A stretch of DNA of 63,138 bases, filler included, from Octopus bimaculoides (GCF_001194135.2; 10 parts of 9 records of this genome joined end to end with filler, not necessarily neighbours in it); one strand, 5' to 3'; positions 48,080 through 60,972 are shown, counted from the first letter of the whole stretch. Notes: a model not told the origin generated them from the sequence alone. Translations and numbers: made by a program.

Positions 48080-49224
48080 NNNNNNNNNNNNNNNNNNNNN
48101 NNNNNNNNNNNNNNNNNNNNNNNNNNNNNNNNNNNNNNNNNNNNNNNNNNNNNNNNNNNNNNNNNNNNNNNNNNNNNNNNNNNNNNNNNNNNNNNNNNNN
48201 NNNNNNNNNNNNNNNNNNNNNNNNNNNNNNNNNNNNNNNNNNNNNNNNNNNNNNNNNNNNNNNNNNNNNNNNNNNNNNNNNNNNNNNNNNNNNNNNNNNN
48301 NNNNNNNNNNNNNNNNNNNNNNNNNNNNNNNNNNNNNNNNNNNNNNNNNNNNNNNNNNNNNNNNNNNNNNNNNNNNNNNNNNNNNNNNNNNNNNNNNNNN
48401 NNNNNNNNNNNNNNNNNNNNNNNNNNNNNNNNNNNNNNNNNNNNNNNNNNNNNNNNNNNNNNNNNNNNNNNNNNNNNNNNNNNNNNNNNNNNNNNNNNNN
48501 NNNNNNNNNNNNNNNNNNNNNNNNNNNNNNNNNNNNNNNNNNNNNNNNNNNNNNNNNNNNNNNNNNNNNNNNNNNNNNNNNNNNNNNNNNNNNNNNNNNN
48601 NNNNNNNNNNNNNNNNNNNNNNNNNNNNNNNNNNNNNNNNNNNNNNNNNNNNNNNNNNNNNNNNNNNNNNNNNNNNNNNNNNNNNNNNNNNNNNNNNNNN
48701 NNNNNNNNNNNNNNNNNNNNNNNNNNNNNNNNNNNNNNNNNNNNNNNNNNNNNNNNNNNNNNNNNNNNNNNNNNNNNNNNNNNNNNNNNNNNNNNNNNNN
48801 NNNNNNNNNNNNNNNNNNNNNNNNNNNNNNNNNNNNNNNNNNNNAGAAGAAGAAGAAGAAGAAGAAGAAGAAGAAGAAGAAGAAGAAGAAGAAGAAGAAG
48901 AAGAAGAAGAAGAAGAAGAAGAGCTACAATACCAACACAACTACGACTACTATAAGCAGTGCTGACAACACCCTCACCATCGCTACCAGCACAAACGTCA
49001 GAAGAGAGAATCGCTGATGCTTAAAGGCTATAAGTGTGTCTTGGAGATGTGGTCGATCTGTTGTTTTGACAGTCAGAATCTGCAATAGCTGAGCATGTAA
49101 GTCTTCACATCAATTTCTCTGACTTGCTTCATACCCATGTCAAGGCGGACCTGCCACAAATGCCATCGTTTACTTTGCTTGAAGCATTCAGAGACCTGTA
49201 TGGCATGTCTGTGAATCTGTGAAA

Positions 49225-49365
<141 letters not shown>

Positions 49366-49391
49366 CTTATATACTTATACATACATACATA

Positions 49392-50115
49392 CATGAGACA
49401 TATGACACTGTTATAAAATCCGTCGGAAGGATAATCCCGAGAACAAAGAAATAAGAACCCACAGTATGGTAGAAGACATAGCTACTCATAATAAAAAGGT
49501 GTACTGGTGGAATGTACCAGTGAAGAACCTGATATAATAATTTGGGATACAGAAGAGAAACTGTGCACAGTTGTGGAAATTAGCTGCCCAGCGGATGTTA
49601 CTTTAAGGCTGAAGACCAGTGAAAAAGAAATCACCTATGCTGAACTATTGAGAAATCCGCAGTTACTCTATCCAGATTACAACTTCAAGTTTATACCTGT
49701 AATTATTGGGGCTCAGGGATATGTAACATATTGCCTAAATACCAATCTTGAGAAATTAGGCTTCTCAAAACCAGATAGGAGAAAGCTAATTCGAAGACTA
49801 CAGATCCAGTCCATCACTGGAGCTGTAAAAATCTGTTAAACTTTCCAGAAATTTATCATTTAAATATATATGAGCATGTCTAGATATGCAACTATATGCA
49901 TGAGAATACATACATAAAACATACAAATCTGCACACACATACATACATACATACATACATACATACATACATACAAAAATATGCTGTTGTTGATATCGAA
50001 ATTCCAATGAAGGAGCTTTGATCTAGGTTAGAAACCGGTTCTTTCCTGTTGGCAAGAAATCTTGAAATAAACTGAATAATGACATACATACGTACATACA
50101 TACAAACATACATAC
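49392..50115 (+). mobile_element. 5'-truncated RLE-type non-LTR retrotransposon embedded in (CATA)n
   Basis: VYWWNVPV, PDIIIWD..VEISCPAD...SEKEITY (PD-(D/E)xK-type nuclease), FIPVIIGAQG, ITGAVKIC; 3'UTR with internal and terminal (CATA)n; 5' junction atacatacatacat. Confidence 0.8.
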
Positions 50116-50367
50116 AAGTGTTTAATCTAAATAAGTCAAAGAAAGACTTTAACACATCTTTAATGATCAGTTACAATTGTTTCAACGCCAGTTCACACAA
50201 AAAAGTTCGAAGTGAAAATTTATATAATATTTGCGGTTTTAGACTTTAGAGTACCACTTCCTTAGACCTACATCAAAGGTGCGCTGCTATATTGTATATA
50301 TATTATACACATATGTACATATATACATGATGAAGAGATAGACTTTTAGATAGATAAACATTATATA

Positions 50368-50560
50368 TATCTACTACATATGTGGGAAATACCGTCTGTG
50401 GGTGTGTTTGTGGAGTTGTTAGCTAACTCCTCCTACATCGTTTTATCGATTTTGATAAAACTTGACACGTGAATAGAACTCATGTCTGGAAACCTCATGG
50501 CATACTCAGATTGTTGAAAAAAATCGTTAATAGGGCTCCTGGAAGGGATCCTTACATATA
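50368..50560 (+). mobile_element. Possible non-autonomous Helitron-like element, 5' part
   Basis: tatatTCTACTA-type start and gctaactcctc..tcgattttgataaaact motif resembling invertebrate non-autonomous helitrons; 3' hairpin-CTAG end not located. Confidence 0.4.
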
Positions 50561-51852
50561 TATATCTAATATATTTCATTTTAACAGCCAAGGGAAATAA
50601 CCCATTCATTTTCCTAAATCATTTGGTATAAATCAAATTGAGTATGTTTATTTCTTAGTATTTGAACTGTTCGCAATTTATCCAGCATAACCCTTAAACA
50701 AGTAAATAATATTTTTCTAAACAATAGATCCACTTACTTCGGTTACTAATATACCAGCTACTAATATACCAACACTAGCGCCGCTGAGGGTGATACTCTC
50801 TGGGAACGCACAAAAGCCCTTTTCAGAGTTATTTACTTTGAACTGTTATTATTTTATATCTCATTAGCCTGTTATTACGTAATATGCTTCATGATTTTAG
50901 TATACATACCTTATTAGCATTTTCTCCTAAGTTCTATATACTCTGGGAACGCATTATAGCCCTTTTCGGGGCTACTTTATTTGAATTCTTACTACCGAGT
51001 AACTAATTTCATGCTATTACATAACTGACTTCACAATTTGGGTTTTCATAACCTATTGGGAATTCCTAAAAACAAGAACTGTTAAAAGGCAAATTCACTG
51101 CAGTTACCATGGAGGAAAAATTCTTTCTTATGGCAAAAAGGTGTAAAAACGCCATATCTGTTCAGTATCGCCCCCTATCAGGATTCTTAGACATCAATGT
51201 TTCTAGCTCTTCAGCCGTTATGAATGGGAAATACCTAAGAAAAGCAACTCTGGACAGACCTTATCAAAGCATAGCTTTAACTAAAATGCACTCAACAACA
51301 TTGACTGGTTTGTGACGGTCGTGGAAATTACCATAATATCAGCACCAAGCAGTATTTAGGCATAAACAAAGTTTAGGTTAGTTAAAATATGTTTGTGACG
51401 ATATATTTCAACTGCTAAAAGGCAAATTCACTGCAGATTCCGGGGAGAAAAATTTTCTCTTGTTCAAAAGGTGTAAAAACTCAATATCTGTCCATTGTCG
51501 CCCACCCTCTCTCTCTCTCTCTCTCTCNNNNNNNNNNNNNNNNNNNNNNNNNNNNNNNNNNNNNNNNNNNNNNNNNNNNNNNNNNNNNNNNNNNNNNNNN
51601 NNNNNNNNNNNNNNNNNNNNNNNNNNNNNNNNNNNNNNNNNNNNNNNNNNNNNNNNNNNNNNNNNNNNNNNNNNNNNNNNNNNNNNNNNNNNNNNNNNNN
51701 NNNNNNNNNNNNNNNNNNNNNNNNNNCATACATATTTATATATACATACATATTTATATATACAGACATATATATTTATATATACAGACATATATATATA
51801 TATATACATACATACATACATACATACATACATACGTACATACATACATACA

Positions 51853-51883
<31 letters not shown>

Positions 51884-52403
51884 GTTCGTGTGTGTGCGTT
51901 TTTGTGTGATTACATATATATATCTTCACATAATGCCCGATATAAATAAGGTTGATTTATCCATTCACGCTTTACGCCGGTATAGAGAGAGTGGGAGAAG
52001 GGAGAGGAGAGAGAGAATAAGGGAGAAATACAAAGAGAGTTAACATAATAGATGCACGATGAATGCACATACCAGACTTGGTGGCAGTACAATGAGTAAT
52101 AGAACACTACATACATACAGACGCACGTACAAACACACACAGTGAGAGAAAATGAGTAATAGTAAAATTGAATGCCGAGGAGGCGGACAGGAGGAAGAAG
52201 ATGAGAAGCAGTCAATGACAGAATAGGTATGAGAAATTTGTTTTATTTCATTTTCAGTTAATGAATATTATTTATTCGCAATCATTTTGTAAAGGTCCCA
52301 ACAAATTTACTAAAAAGTAAATTATAAGTTTTGTACGAATGCTATATTTCCTTAGTCTAAGTCATGGTGGCAAAAATATACCATCAAACATTAACCGTCA
52401 TAT

Positions 52404-52454
<51 letters not shown>

Positions 52455-53004
52455 GAGTGAAAGGGTGAACTACGTAGATTAACTCCCATATTAATGCATA
52501 TGAGATACAATAATACCACATGAAGGCAAGTTTCATAAGCACACACGCATACATATGCATACAAATATATACACCCACACATATACACGTATACACACAT
52601 ACCTACACATGCACAAAAACACTTACACATACATATATGCAGAGATTGGTAGATAGGTAGAGAGCGAGTGAGAGAAGTTAGTGCACTCATTTACACGGTT
52701 ATTAACAACATACGTGTACATCAATATATTCATATATTTATATATTCATGAGTAATTGTTTGTTTCTATATGTGTGTGTGTGTGTGTAGATTGTGTGCTC
52801 AGAGAAAACTAGAAAATCAGAATTTTACAAAATAAACTCTATAATATGAACTACTCGTATATTTGATAATTAATATTGCATTTGATAATTAGGAAGAATG
52901 CATAATTGCAGTTTGATTTAATAACTGAAATTTAGAAATTAGTATGCTAACAAAACTTAATGTTAATCGTATAACTCTGATTCTAATATTTAATGCTTGT
53001 GAAA

Positions 53005-53210
53005 GGCGATGAGCTAGCTGGATCGTTACCGCACCGCACAAAATGCTTAGCTACATTCTTTACGTTCTGAGTTCAAATTCCGCTGAGGTTGACTTTGCCT
53101 TACATCCTTTCGGGATCGATAGAATAAATATTTGTTGAGCACCAGTGTTCGATGTAATCGACTTATCCCCTTCCGAAAATTACTGGCCTTGTGCCAAAAT
53201 TTGTGATTAA
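53005..53210 (+). mobile_element. SINE family A copy (tail type 3)
   Basis: gttctgagttcaaattccgctgaggttgactttgcc core. Confidence 0.85.
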
Positions 53211-53360
53211 TATTTAAATGTTGTCCAGGTTATAGCCACTTCCAGCGGTTTGAAGCGTAAGCTTGGCAAAAATATATTGTTATACTCGAAGTAGCTAATG
53301 CCAAAAATAATAGCGTGTAAATATTAGTTTTAAAACCCCTTTGGACAGAAAAAGTCGAAA

Positions 53361-53427
53361 GCTGTCCATGGGACACAAACCCGCATCTTCTTTAAACATG
53401 ACAGATGCGCTAACATTGGAACAAAGC
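53361..53427 (-). pseudogene. Degenerate tRNA-like sequence (tRNA pseudogene or SINE head)
   Basis: ccaatgttagcg D-arm-like, catct/agatg stem, gggtttgtgtccc T-arm-like, ggacagc 3' end; acceptor stem poorly paired. Confidence 0.3.
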
Positions 53428-55171
53428 AATCTTGAGGTCTGTAAACCTTTATGAAGTAAGCAATATATTTGGTTATATTATACAAAGAGTATTAGAGAAA
53501 TAGAAAGGAATGAAAACAAGCACAATTGTGTGGCAGGAATATTATCATGTGTATAGGAAAAGAAACGTTGACATATATATGGACATACGGACGGAAATAT
53601 GGACGTACAGACTGCAATGTGGACGTACAAATAGAAATATGGAGATTTAGACACAAATATGAGCATACGAAAAGAAATATAAACACACAGACAGAAATAT
53701 GAACGTATGGACAATAATAACATACAGACGGAAATATAACCTGGAATTATATTTCTGACACAACGGATTCTTTATTAACTAAAATGTTAATTTTGGCTAT
53801 TATTTCTAGCTGGTGGAATGATCGTGTAAAAACAGTCAAAAGATTTCTGTGTACCAGTATGAAATGGTTGCTGTTATTGTTGTTGTCTTGCTCTGCTTGA
53901 TTGTATAAAGCCATAAGTGACGCCCCCTCACACAAACACAGAAAAGAAAGAGAAAAAAGAACTTACTACATCCATAGAGTGCAACGAAAGCCAAAATAAT
54001 TGATCAAGAATGGACACCATATCATGAAAGCGAGAATGACTGTCCCATACAGGAGAGAAAAGGGAGAAAAAAGCAGATAAATCCAGTCTCAAACCAGTTG
54101 CAGTGGAACTGCTCCAGTGACCAGAGCGACGAAAAATTTGAAACCAAGTAATAAATGAACCAATTAAGTTGACGGCTTCTGTGTGTTTGAATGACTAAAA
54201 CCTAATTGCTTAAGTTACAACAGATAGTAAGATGGACATACAAGGAGAAAGACAGGCATATGTTAGAAAGATTTACATGCAAATAGCAAGATAGGCGGAT
54301 ATAAAATGTACAGACAAACGGATGACTTTAATACACACTTAGACTAACTTAAAAGGATGGTCAGACAGAAAAGTAGACAGACAAGATAATGTAAATGTCA
54401 TTTTGCTTGAAAAGCATTTTCTTTCGGATTGTCTTTCCTGGTTAGTTTCTTTGTTTTATATAATGTAGATAATGTAATACAACGACATTAATGTGGTTCT
54501 CATTGATCATACTTATAATAAAAAGTATTCCAACCGTGACCTTCCTGTCTTTTAAGGCTATGTAGGACTTCAGATTTACTGTAGCGATTGATGAGCAGTA
54601 AAGTGTCAGTGGCCAGTATAGTTTATTGTTCTTTACTACCATACGGTATTGCTGTAATAAGTAATAGGGGAGTGAGCGGTGTTTATTGAGGTGTTAGTAT
54701 ATTTATTATAGAGAAATGAGTGATGAATGATGATTATTGAATGTTGACAACCACTTATTGCATGACAGTATATGAGCGTATTGTAAAATGTGAGGTGGCG
54801 AGTGATTAGCATTGCCTGATGATTGATACGTTGAAGAGGAACTGAGTACTGAATGCTAAACTGTTATTCATTGGACGCTCGTAAACGAACTTAAAGACTT
54901 TAGAGAAGTGTGAGGATTGTAGAGTGTTGAATGATGATTATTGTTGGTGCTTTATGATGTGAAGTGTTGAATATTGAATGATGAGTAATTTCTATTGCAT
55001 ATTGAGGAAGATATCTATTGTATATAAATGAGTGACGTTTATCGTACGTCGATGTGTTGTATGATAAAGTTTAAAGTGTATTGAAAGTTGTTTATGTTGT
55101 GTTTTAAGTATTACAAACTATGGAACAAGAGGAGAACTATGAGTCGGTTCTAGAGTATTAGTATTTTAGAA

Positions 55172-55375
55172 GGCGGCGTTTGTCAGAATTGTTCGTGTGT
55201 CGGACAAAATGCTTAGTGGTATTTCTTCTGAACTCAAATTCCGCCGAGGTCCACTTTGTCTTTCATCCTTTTAGGACTGATGTAATAAGTACTAGGTGAG
55301 CACTGAGGTCGATGTAATCGACTAGCCCAAAATTTCAGGCATTGTGCATATAAATAGAACGGATTATTAGTGTTT
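55172..55375 (+). mobile_element. SINE family A copy (tail type 2)
   Basis: ctcaaattccgccgaggtccactttgtctttcatcc core. Confidence 0.85.
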
Positions 55376-56380
55376 TGGATTAGTATTTTGAAGAAATATG
55401 TGTTGAGGAGTAAAAGATGTATGATATTTATGTAATGCAAAGTATATTTATTGAGTTTGCGTGAAACACTATTTCATTATATGAATTTTTACTAATCAGG
55501 CCTTCAGCAACGGATCATTAACTAAATTTGACTCTAAAATATCGGCGTTAAACATTATATTTTACAGTGAAAGAGGGCACTCTTACATAATCTTATATAA
55601 TTGTAGTAGCATAAACTTAATATTCGAAATACCCGTAGAAGATTTATGAAAATTAATGGCAGACATTTTAAGTAATTATATAATTTTTGTCAATAAAGAT
55701 AAATATACACTTTGTTCGTTTATTTCATTTATCTATTTATTTTCCGGGTTTTCGCTAATTTTAATAAATACAGGAAATAAAGAATTAACAATTAATGGCC
55801 CAGGTAATAATTAATAAACATAATTGCAATCAAGACCAAGATACAACTGCAGTTATTCAATTTGTGGCCAAGCTTTTATCGACAGGTCAATGCAACCTAA
55901 TTCCAAACTTGCTGATCAATTCGTGTTAACACATTTTGATTAACATTTCTAAATTCACCCTTTGACCTTTTATTTCAAACTCCCATCTAAACTTATCATT
56001 ATTTCCGTCTATTTTCATACTTTTAAATAGTTTGAGTTGTCTTTCAACAAGACCTTCCCCTAATTCTTCAATGCTTGGTGTACACCACCAACCGATGAAT
56101 GTGTATAGAAACATCGATCCGAGAAGTTGCCCTACTCACTAGAGTTACTTCTCTTTCGCCTCCTTCTAGCGTGATAACTTATAGGATGACTGTGGAAGCT
56201 CAAATCTGAATGAAACATATGATGACAATCTCTGCGCGGGACTGTTGAAAATTTTACATGGATGGTCGGTGAGAGTTAGTCTTCTCTTCCCTTCAACTGT
56301 CTTTGCTGCTTCTAGAACTTTGCCTTCTTCAAAAGAATCTGCAGTTAATACAACAGATTTCTCCATTGTTCTCAGTCACT

Positions 56381-56600
56381 GTTATTAAAATATTTTTCAA
56401 TGAATCAATCATCATTATTAAAATAAATTTCATTAAATCAATACCCAATATTAAAATAGTTTCATTAAATCAATTACTCTTATTAAAATATGATTTACTT
56501 AAAATCAATCGCCATTTGTAAAATATATTTCATTAAATCAATAATAGATATTAAAATATATGAATATATTTTATTAAATCAGCCACGTTTATTAAAATAT
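56381..56600. repeat. AT-rich minisatellite, about 32 bp x6
   Basis: Repeated attaaaata..tttcattaaatcaat. Confidence 0.8.
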
Positions 56601-56918
56601 ATGTATATGTGTGTGCGTGTGCGAGCGTGTAGGTTTACCTATGCATGTGTGTCTGTGTTGTGTGTATATGTGCATGTGTGTGTGCGTCTTGTGTGTATGT
56701 GTGTGTGTTTGCATGTGTGTGTGTGTGTGTAATACAAAGTAATAGGGATACGCAAATCCAGGCAGATACATTATAAGCAATTTGTAGCTATCCAAACTTG
56801 GCTAACTACATTAATCAATCGTGATCATCAAATCCAAATGAAATTTAGATCTGCGGTTGTACTCCTAATCCAATCAAAAAATCCAAAGTTCACTTGCATG
56901 CAAGAATCTATAAATAAA

Positions 56919-56919
<1 letters not shown>

Positions 56920-57000
<81 letters not shown>
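56920..57000. repeat. (AAT)n microsatellite
   Basis: Direct reading. Confidence 0.95.
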
Positions 57001-57499
57001 NNNNNNNNNNNNNNNNNNNNNNNNNNNNNNNNNNNNNNNNNNNNTTAATTAATTAANNNNNNNNNNNNNNNNNNNNNNNNNNNNNNNNNNNNNNNNNNNN
57101 AGTGAGGTTGTGTTGACAGCACGTGGAGAAATAGGAAAATGAAAAAAAGCCAGAATGCTGAACTGGAAGCATAATTTAATAAAGATTTTTTCTAACCGGT
57201 TTTCATTGCGAAGAAGCAAATTATCAAGAAGAAGGAGAATGAAAATGTTTTTTTACAAAGAAGTACAAAATGAAGAAAATAATATATAAAACAATAATAT
57301 ATAAAAAAATAAATATACCCATACATTATATTGTCTTTGAGCTTTTGTAGTTCAATAGTAGTTCATGTATAAATTGGTAGGAAAAATAAGGATGCATGAG
57401 GGTTGAGAGTTTTGTAAGGTTTAAAAAAAGGGTTAAAAGTTTGTGTTAAGCAGGAAATGTGGTGTCATATATATACATATATATATTCTATTATTCTGT

Positions 57500-57705
57500 T
57501 ACTTGTTTCAGTCATTTGACTACAGCCATGCTGGAGCACTGCCTTAAAGGGTTTTAGGTGAAGAAATCAACACCAGGACATATTCTTTGCAAGCCTAGTA
57601 CTTATTCTATCAGTCTCTTTTGCTGAAACGCTAAGTTACAGGGATGTAAACACATCAACATCAGTTATCAAGTAATGGTGGGGGTGATAAACACAGACAC
57701 ACACA
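57500..57705 (-). mobile_element. SINE family C, 3' half
   Basis: ttacttgtttcagtcatttgactacagccatgctggagcac..agcctagtacttattctatc. Confidence 0.85.
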
Positions 57706-57725
57706 TAAATATATTTTCATATCAG

Positions 57726-58185
57726 CCTCCTCTGGCCTCTGAGCCAGTGTCACATAAAAAGCACCCTCTACACTCTCGGAGTGGTTGGCGTTAGGAAGGG
57801 CATCCAGCTGTAGAAACTCTGCCAAATAAGGTGGCGAGCTGGCAGAAACGTTAGCACACTGGGCGAAATGCTTAGTGGTATTTCGTCTGCTGTTATGTTC
57901 TGGGTTCAAATTCCGCCAAGGTCGACTTTGCCTTTCATCCTTTTAAGTGGGGGTCGATAAATTAAGTACCAGTTACGTACTGGGGTCAATGTAATCGACT
58001 TAATCCCTTTGTCTGTCCTTGTTTGTCCCCTCTATGTTTAGCCCCTTGTGGGGCAATAAAGAAATAAGAAACACTACCAGATCAGACTGGAGCCTGGTGT
58101 AGCCTCTTGGTCTTCCAGACCCCGGTCGAACTGTCCAACCCATGCTAGCATGGAAAAAAGACGTTAAATGATGATGATGATGATA
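57726..58185 (-). mobile_element. Repeat family D copy interrupted by a family A SINE
   Basis: Halves 57726-57824 and 58067-58185 are collinear with 21500-21680. Confidence 0.8.
57830..58066 (+). mobile_element. SINE family A, full length (tail type 1)
   Basis: Full head, B-box gttcaaattcc, core, tail identical in type to 27425-27492; TSD-like flanks. Confidence 0.9.
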
Positions 58186-58279
58186 TATATATGTATACAG
58201 CAGGCTTCTTTTAGTTTCCATCTACAAAATCCACTTACAGGGCTTTGGTCAACCCGAGGCTATATTAGAAGATACATAT

Positions 58280-58570
58280 ATAGAAATACACACACATACA
58301 CACACGGACACATACATACACACACATATACATACATACACAGATACATACATACACACACAGACACATACATACACACACAGATACATACATACACACA
58401 CAGACACATACATACACACACAGACACATACACACACAGATACATACATACACACACAGATACATACACACACAGATACATACATACACACACAGATACA
58501 TACATACACACACAGATGCATACATACACACACAGACACAGACATACACACACAGACACAGACATACACA
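58280..58570. repeat. (CATACATACACACACAGA[TC]A)-like compound micro/minisatellite
   Basis: Direct reading. Confidence 0.9.
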
Positions 58571-59459
58571 CATTTATAAATAAGTTATAGAGAAAAATGT
58601 GTAGGATTTTATGACAGAAAACTGAAGTTGGTATCCTGTTTCACCTCTTTAAGGGCCCCCCCGCCCCTTAAAAGGCACACACCCTTACCTTTTCCACCAA
58701 AGCCCTCACACTCAACACATTCACCCTTCTCTCTTTGTCTCTCTCTCTCTCTCTTTCTCTCACATTTNNNNNNNNNNNNNNNNNNNNNNNNNNNNNNNNN
58801 NNNNNNNNNNNNNNNNNNNNNNNNNNNNNNNNNNNNNNNNNNNNNNNNNNNNNNNNNNNNNNNNNNNNNNNNNNNNNNNNNNNNNNNNNNNNNNNNNNNN
58901 NNNNNNNNNNNNNNNNNNNNNNNNNNNNNNNNNNNNNNNNNNNNNNNNNNNNNNNNNNNNNNNNNNNNNNNNNNNNNNNNNNNNNNNNNNNNNNNNNNNN
59001 NNNNNNNNNNNNNNNNNNNNNNNNNNNNNNNNNNNNNNNNNNNNNNNNNNNNNNNNNNNNNNNNNNNNNNNNNNNNNNNNNNNNNNNNNNNNNNNNNNNN
59101 NNNNNNNNNNNNNNNNNNNNNNNNNNNNNNNNNNNNNNNNNNNNNNNNNNNNNNNNNNNNNNNNNNNNNNNNNNNNNNNNNNNNNNNNNNNNNNNNNNNN
59201 NNNNNNNNNNNNNNNNNNNNNNNNNNNNNNNNNNNNNNNNNNNNNNNNNNNNNNNNNNNNNNNNNNNNNNNNNNNNNNNNNNNNNNNNNNNNNNNNNNNN
59301 NNNNNNNNNNNNNNNNNNNNNNNNNNNNNNNNNNNNNNNNNNNNNNNNNNNNNNNNNNNNNNNNNNNNNNNNNNNNNNNNNNNNNNNNNNNNNNNNNNNN
59401 NNNNNNNNNNNNNNNACGTCGACTTTGCTTTTCGTCCCTCTGAGAGCAACAAAAAAGGA

Positions 59460-59787
59460 GCACTCCGTCGCTTACGACGACGAGGGTCCCCGCTGATACG
59501 ATCAACGGAACAGCTTGCTCGTGAAATTAACATTCAAGTGGCTGAGCAATCAATCCACAGACATGTGTACCCCTAATGTAGTTCTCAGGGAGACTCAGCG
59601 TGACACAGAGTGTGACAAGGCCGGCCCCTTTGAAATACAGGTACTTCTCATTTTTGCCAGCTGAGTGGACTGGAGCAACGTGAAATAAAGTGTCTTGCTC
59701 AAGGACACAACGCGTCGCCGGGAATTGAACTCACGACCTTACGATCGTGAGGCGAATGCCCTAACCACTAAGCCACACGCCTTCACC
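59460..59787 (-). mobile_element. tRNA-derived CORE-type SINE
   Basis: A-box TGGCTTAGTGG, B-box GAGTTCAATTCC, CORE-like gtgtccttgagcaagacact..ccagtccactcagctgg. Confidence 0.88.
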
Positions 59788-60382
59788 TTCTGAGAGTAAC
59801 AGATGAAGCATGCGTGGCAGGATGGGGGTGAAACAGTGTGGCACATTGTTTTAGTGAATACCTAAAAATTGGTACAATATGAATACAAAAGGCAACACAA
59901 CAATGTGGCATGAATGATTCATTGGGAGGCTTTGTGGAAATTATGGCCTAGAAAGATCCAAGACATGGTTTGACCAAATCACAGAATGAGGGTTGAAGAA
60001 TTGTGGTGGGATGCAACGAGTCAGTGTGGCCATCAGGTTGAGATCTTGGGGGATAATTACCATATTTTAACGTGTATAAGGAACCATCGTGTATAATGTA
60101 CTCCCTAATTTTTGGGGGCTTAAAATTTGGAAAAAAAGGTTTTGGAACGATTATAATACTATCCATGTATAAGAAACTCCCATATTTTTTAACCTAATTT
60201 TTGACAAAAAAAGGGTTCCTTACACATGTTAAAATATGGTATATTAATTAAGTCCTTGCACTCTCTCTCTATATATATATATATTTAGTCCACACTATTG
60301 GTGTTTGGAAGGGCAACCAGCTGTAAAAACCTTGCCGAAGACAGTTGCTCCCGTAAGTACCAAAATAAAATTTGAGATTTAT

Positions 60383-60418
<36 letters not shown>

Positions 60419-60725
60419 TCATCATCATCGTTTAACGTCGACTTTCCATGCTAGCATGGGTNNNNNNNNNNNNNNNNNNNNNNNNNNNNNNNNNNNNNNN
60501 NNNNNTTAATTAATTAANNNNNNNNNNNNNNNNNNNNNNNNNNNNNNNNNNNNNNNNNNNNAGAGAGTAAAATTATAATTAAGGACACGAAAGGTATCAT
60601 GCCTATATGTTGAAAGGAGACGCCGAATACGTCCTATAACTTCAAATATTCCCTCCACATATACTTTAGACAGGTTGAAAGTGGGAAAGCAAACTGACAA
60701 AAAATTCATAAAATAATTCAGACAG

Positions 60726-60780
60726 TTTTGGATTGATCAATTTCTGGATTAGTTTGGTAACTCCTCCTTCATCAGCAAAA
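60726..60780 (-). ncRNA. Minimal type I hammerhead ribozyme
   Basis: UUUUG CUGAUGA A GGA..UCC A GAAA UUGA UCAA U C^CAAAA: stem I 5 bp (extendable acag/ctgt past a bulge), palindromic helix III AUUGAUCAAU, AUC triplet; A-A apposition at the base of stem II. Confidence 0.72.
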
Positions 60781-60896
60781 CATACTGTACGAAATAAATG
60801 AAATTATCTATACATACGCTCATATATATAAGAGTATTTTATAACGTTAAAGCTTATAAGCGACCACCTCGATAGAAGAACGCCAGAGAAATGGAT

Positions 60897-60972
60897 AACT
60901 TAGTACTCGAGTTTCAGATTTTTCATAATATGTATGTTATCGTAAAACTGATTGGTCCTCGTCAGCTAGCTC
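60897..60972 (-). ncRNA. Putative type I hammerhead ribozyme with long, weak stem II
   Basis: GAGCUAG CUGACGA GGA..(37 nt)..UCU GAAA CUC GAG U A^CUA(A)GUU: palindromic helix III ACUCGAGU, GUA triplet, stem I with a 1-nt bulge. Confidence 0.55.
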
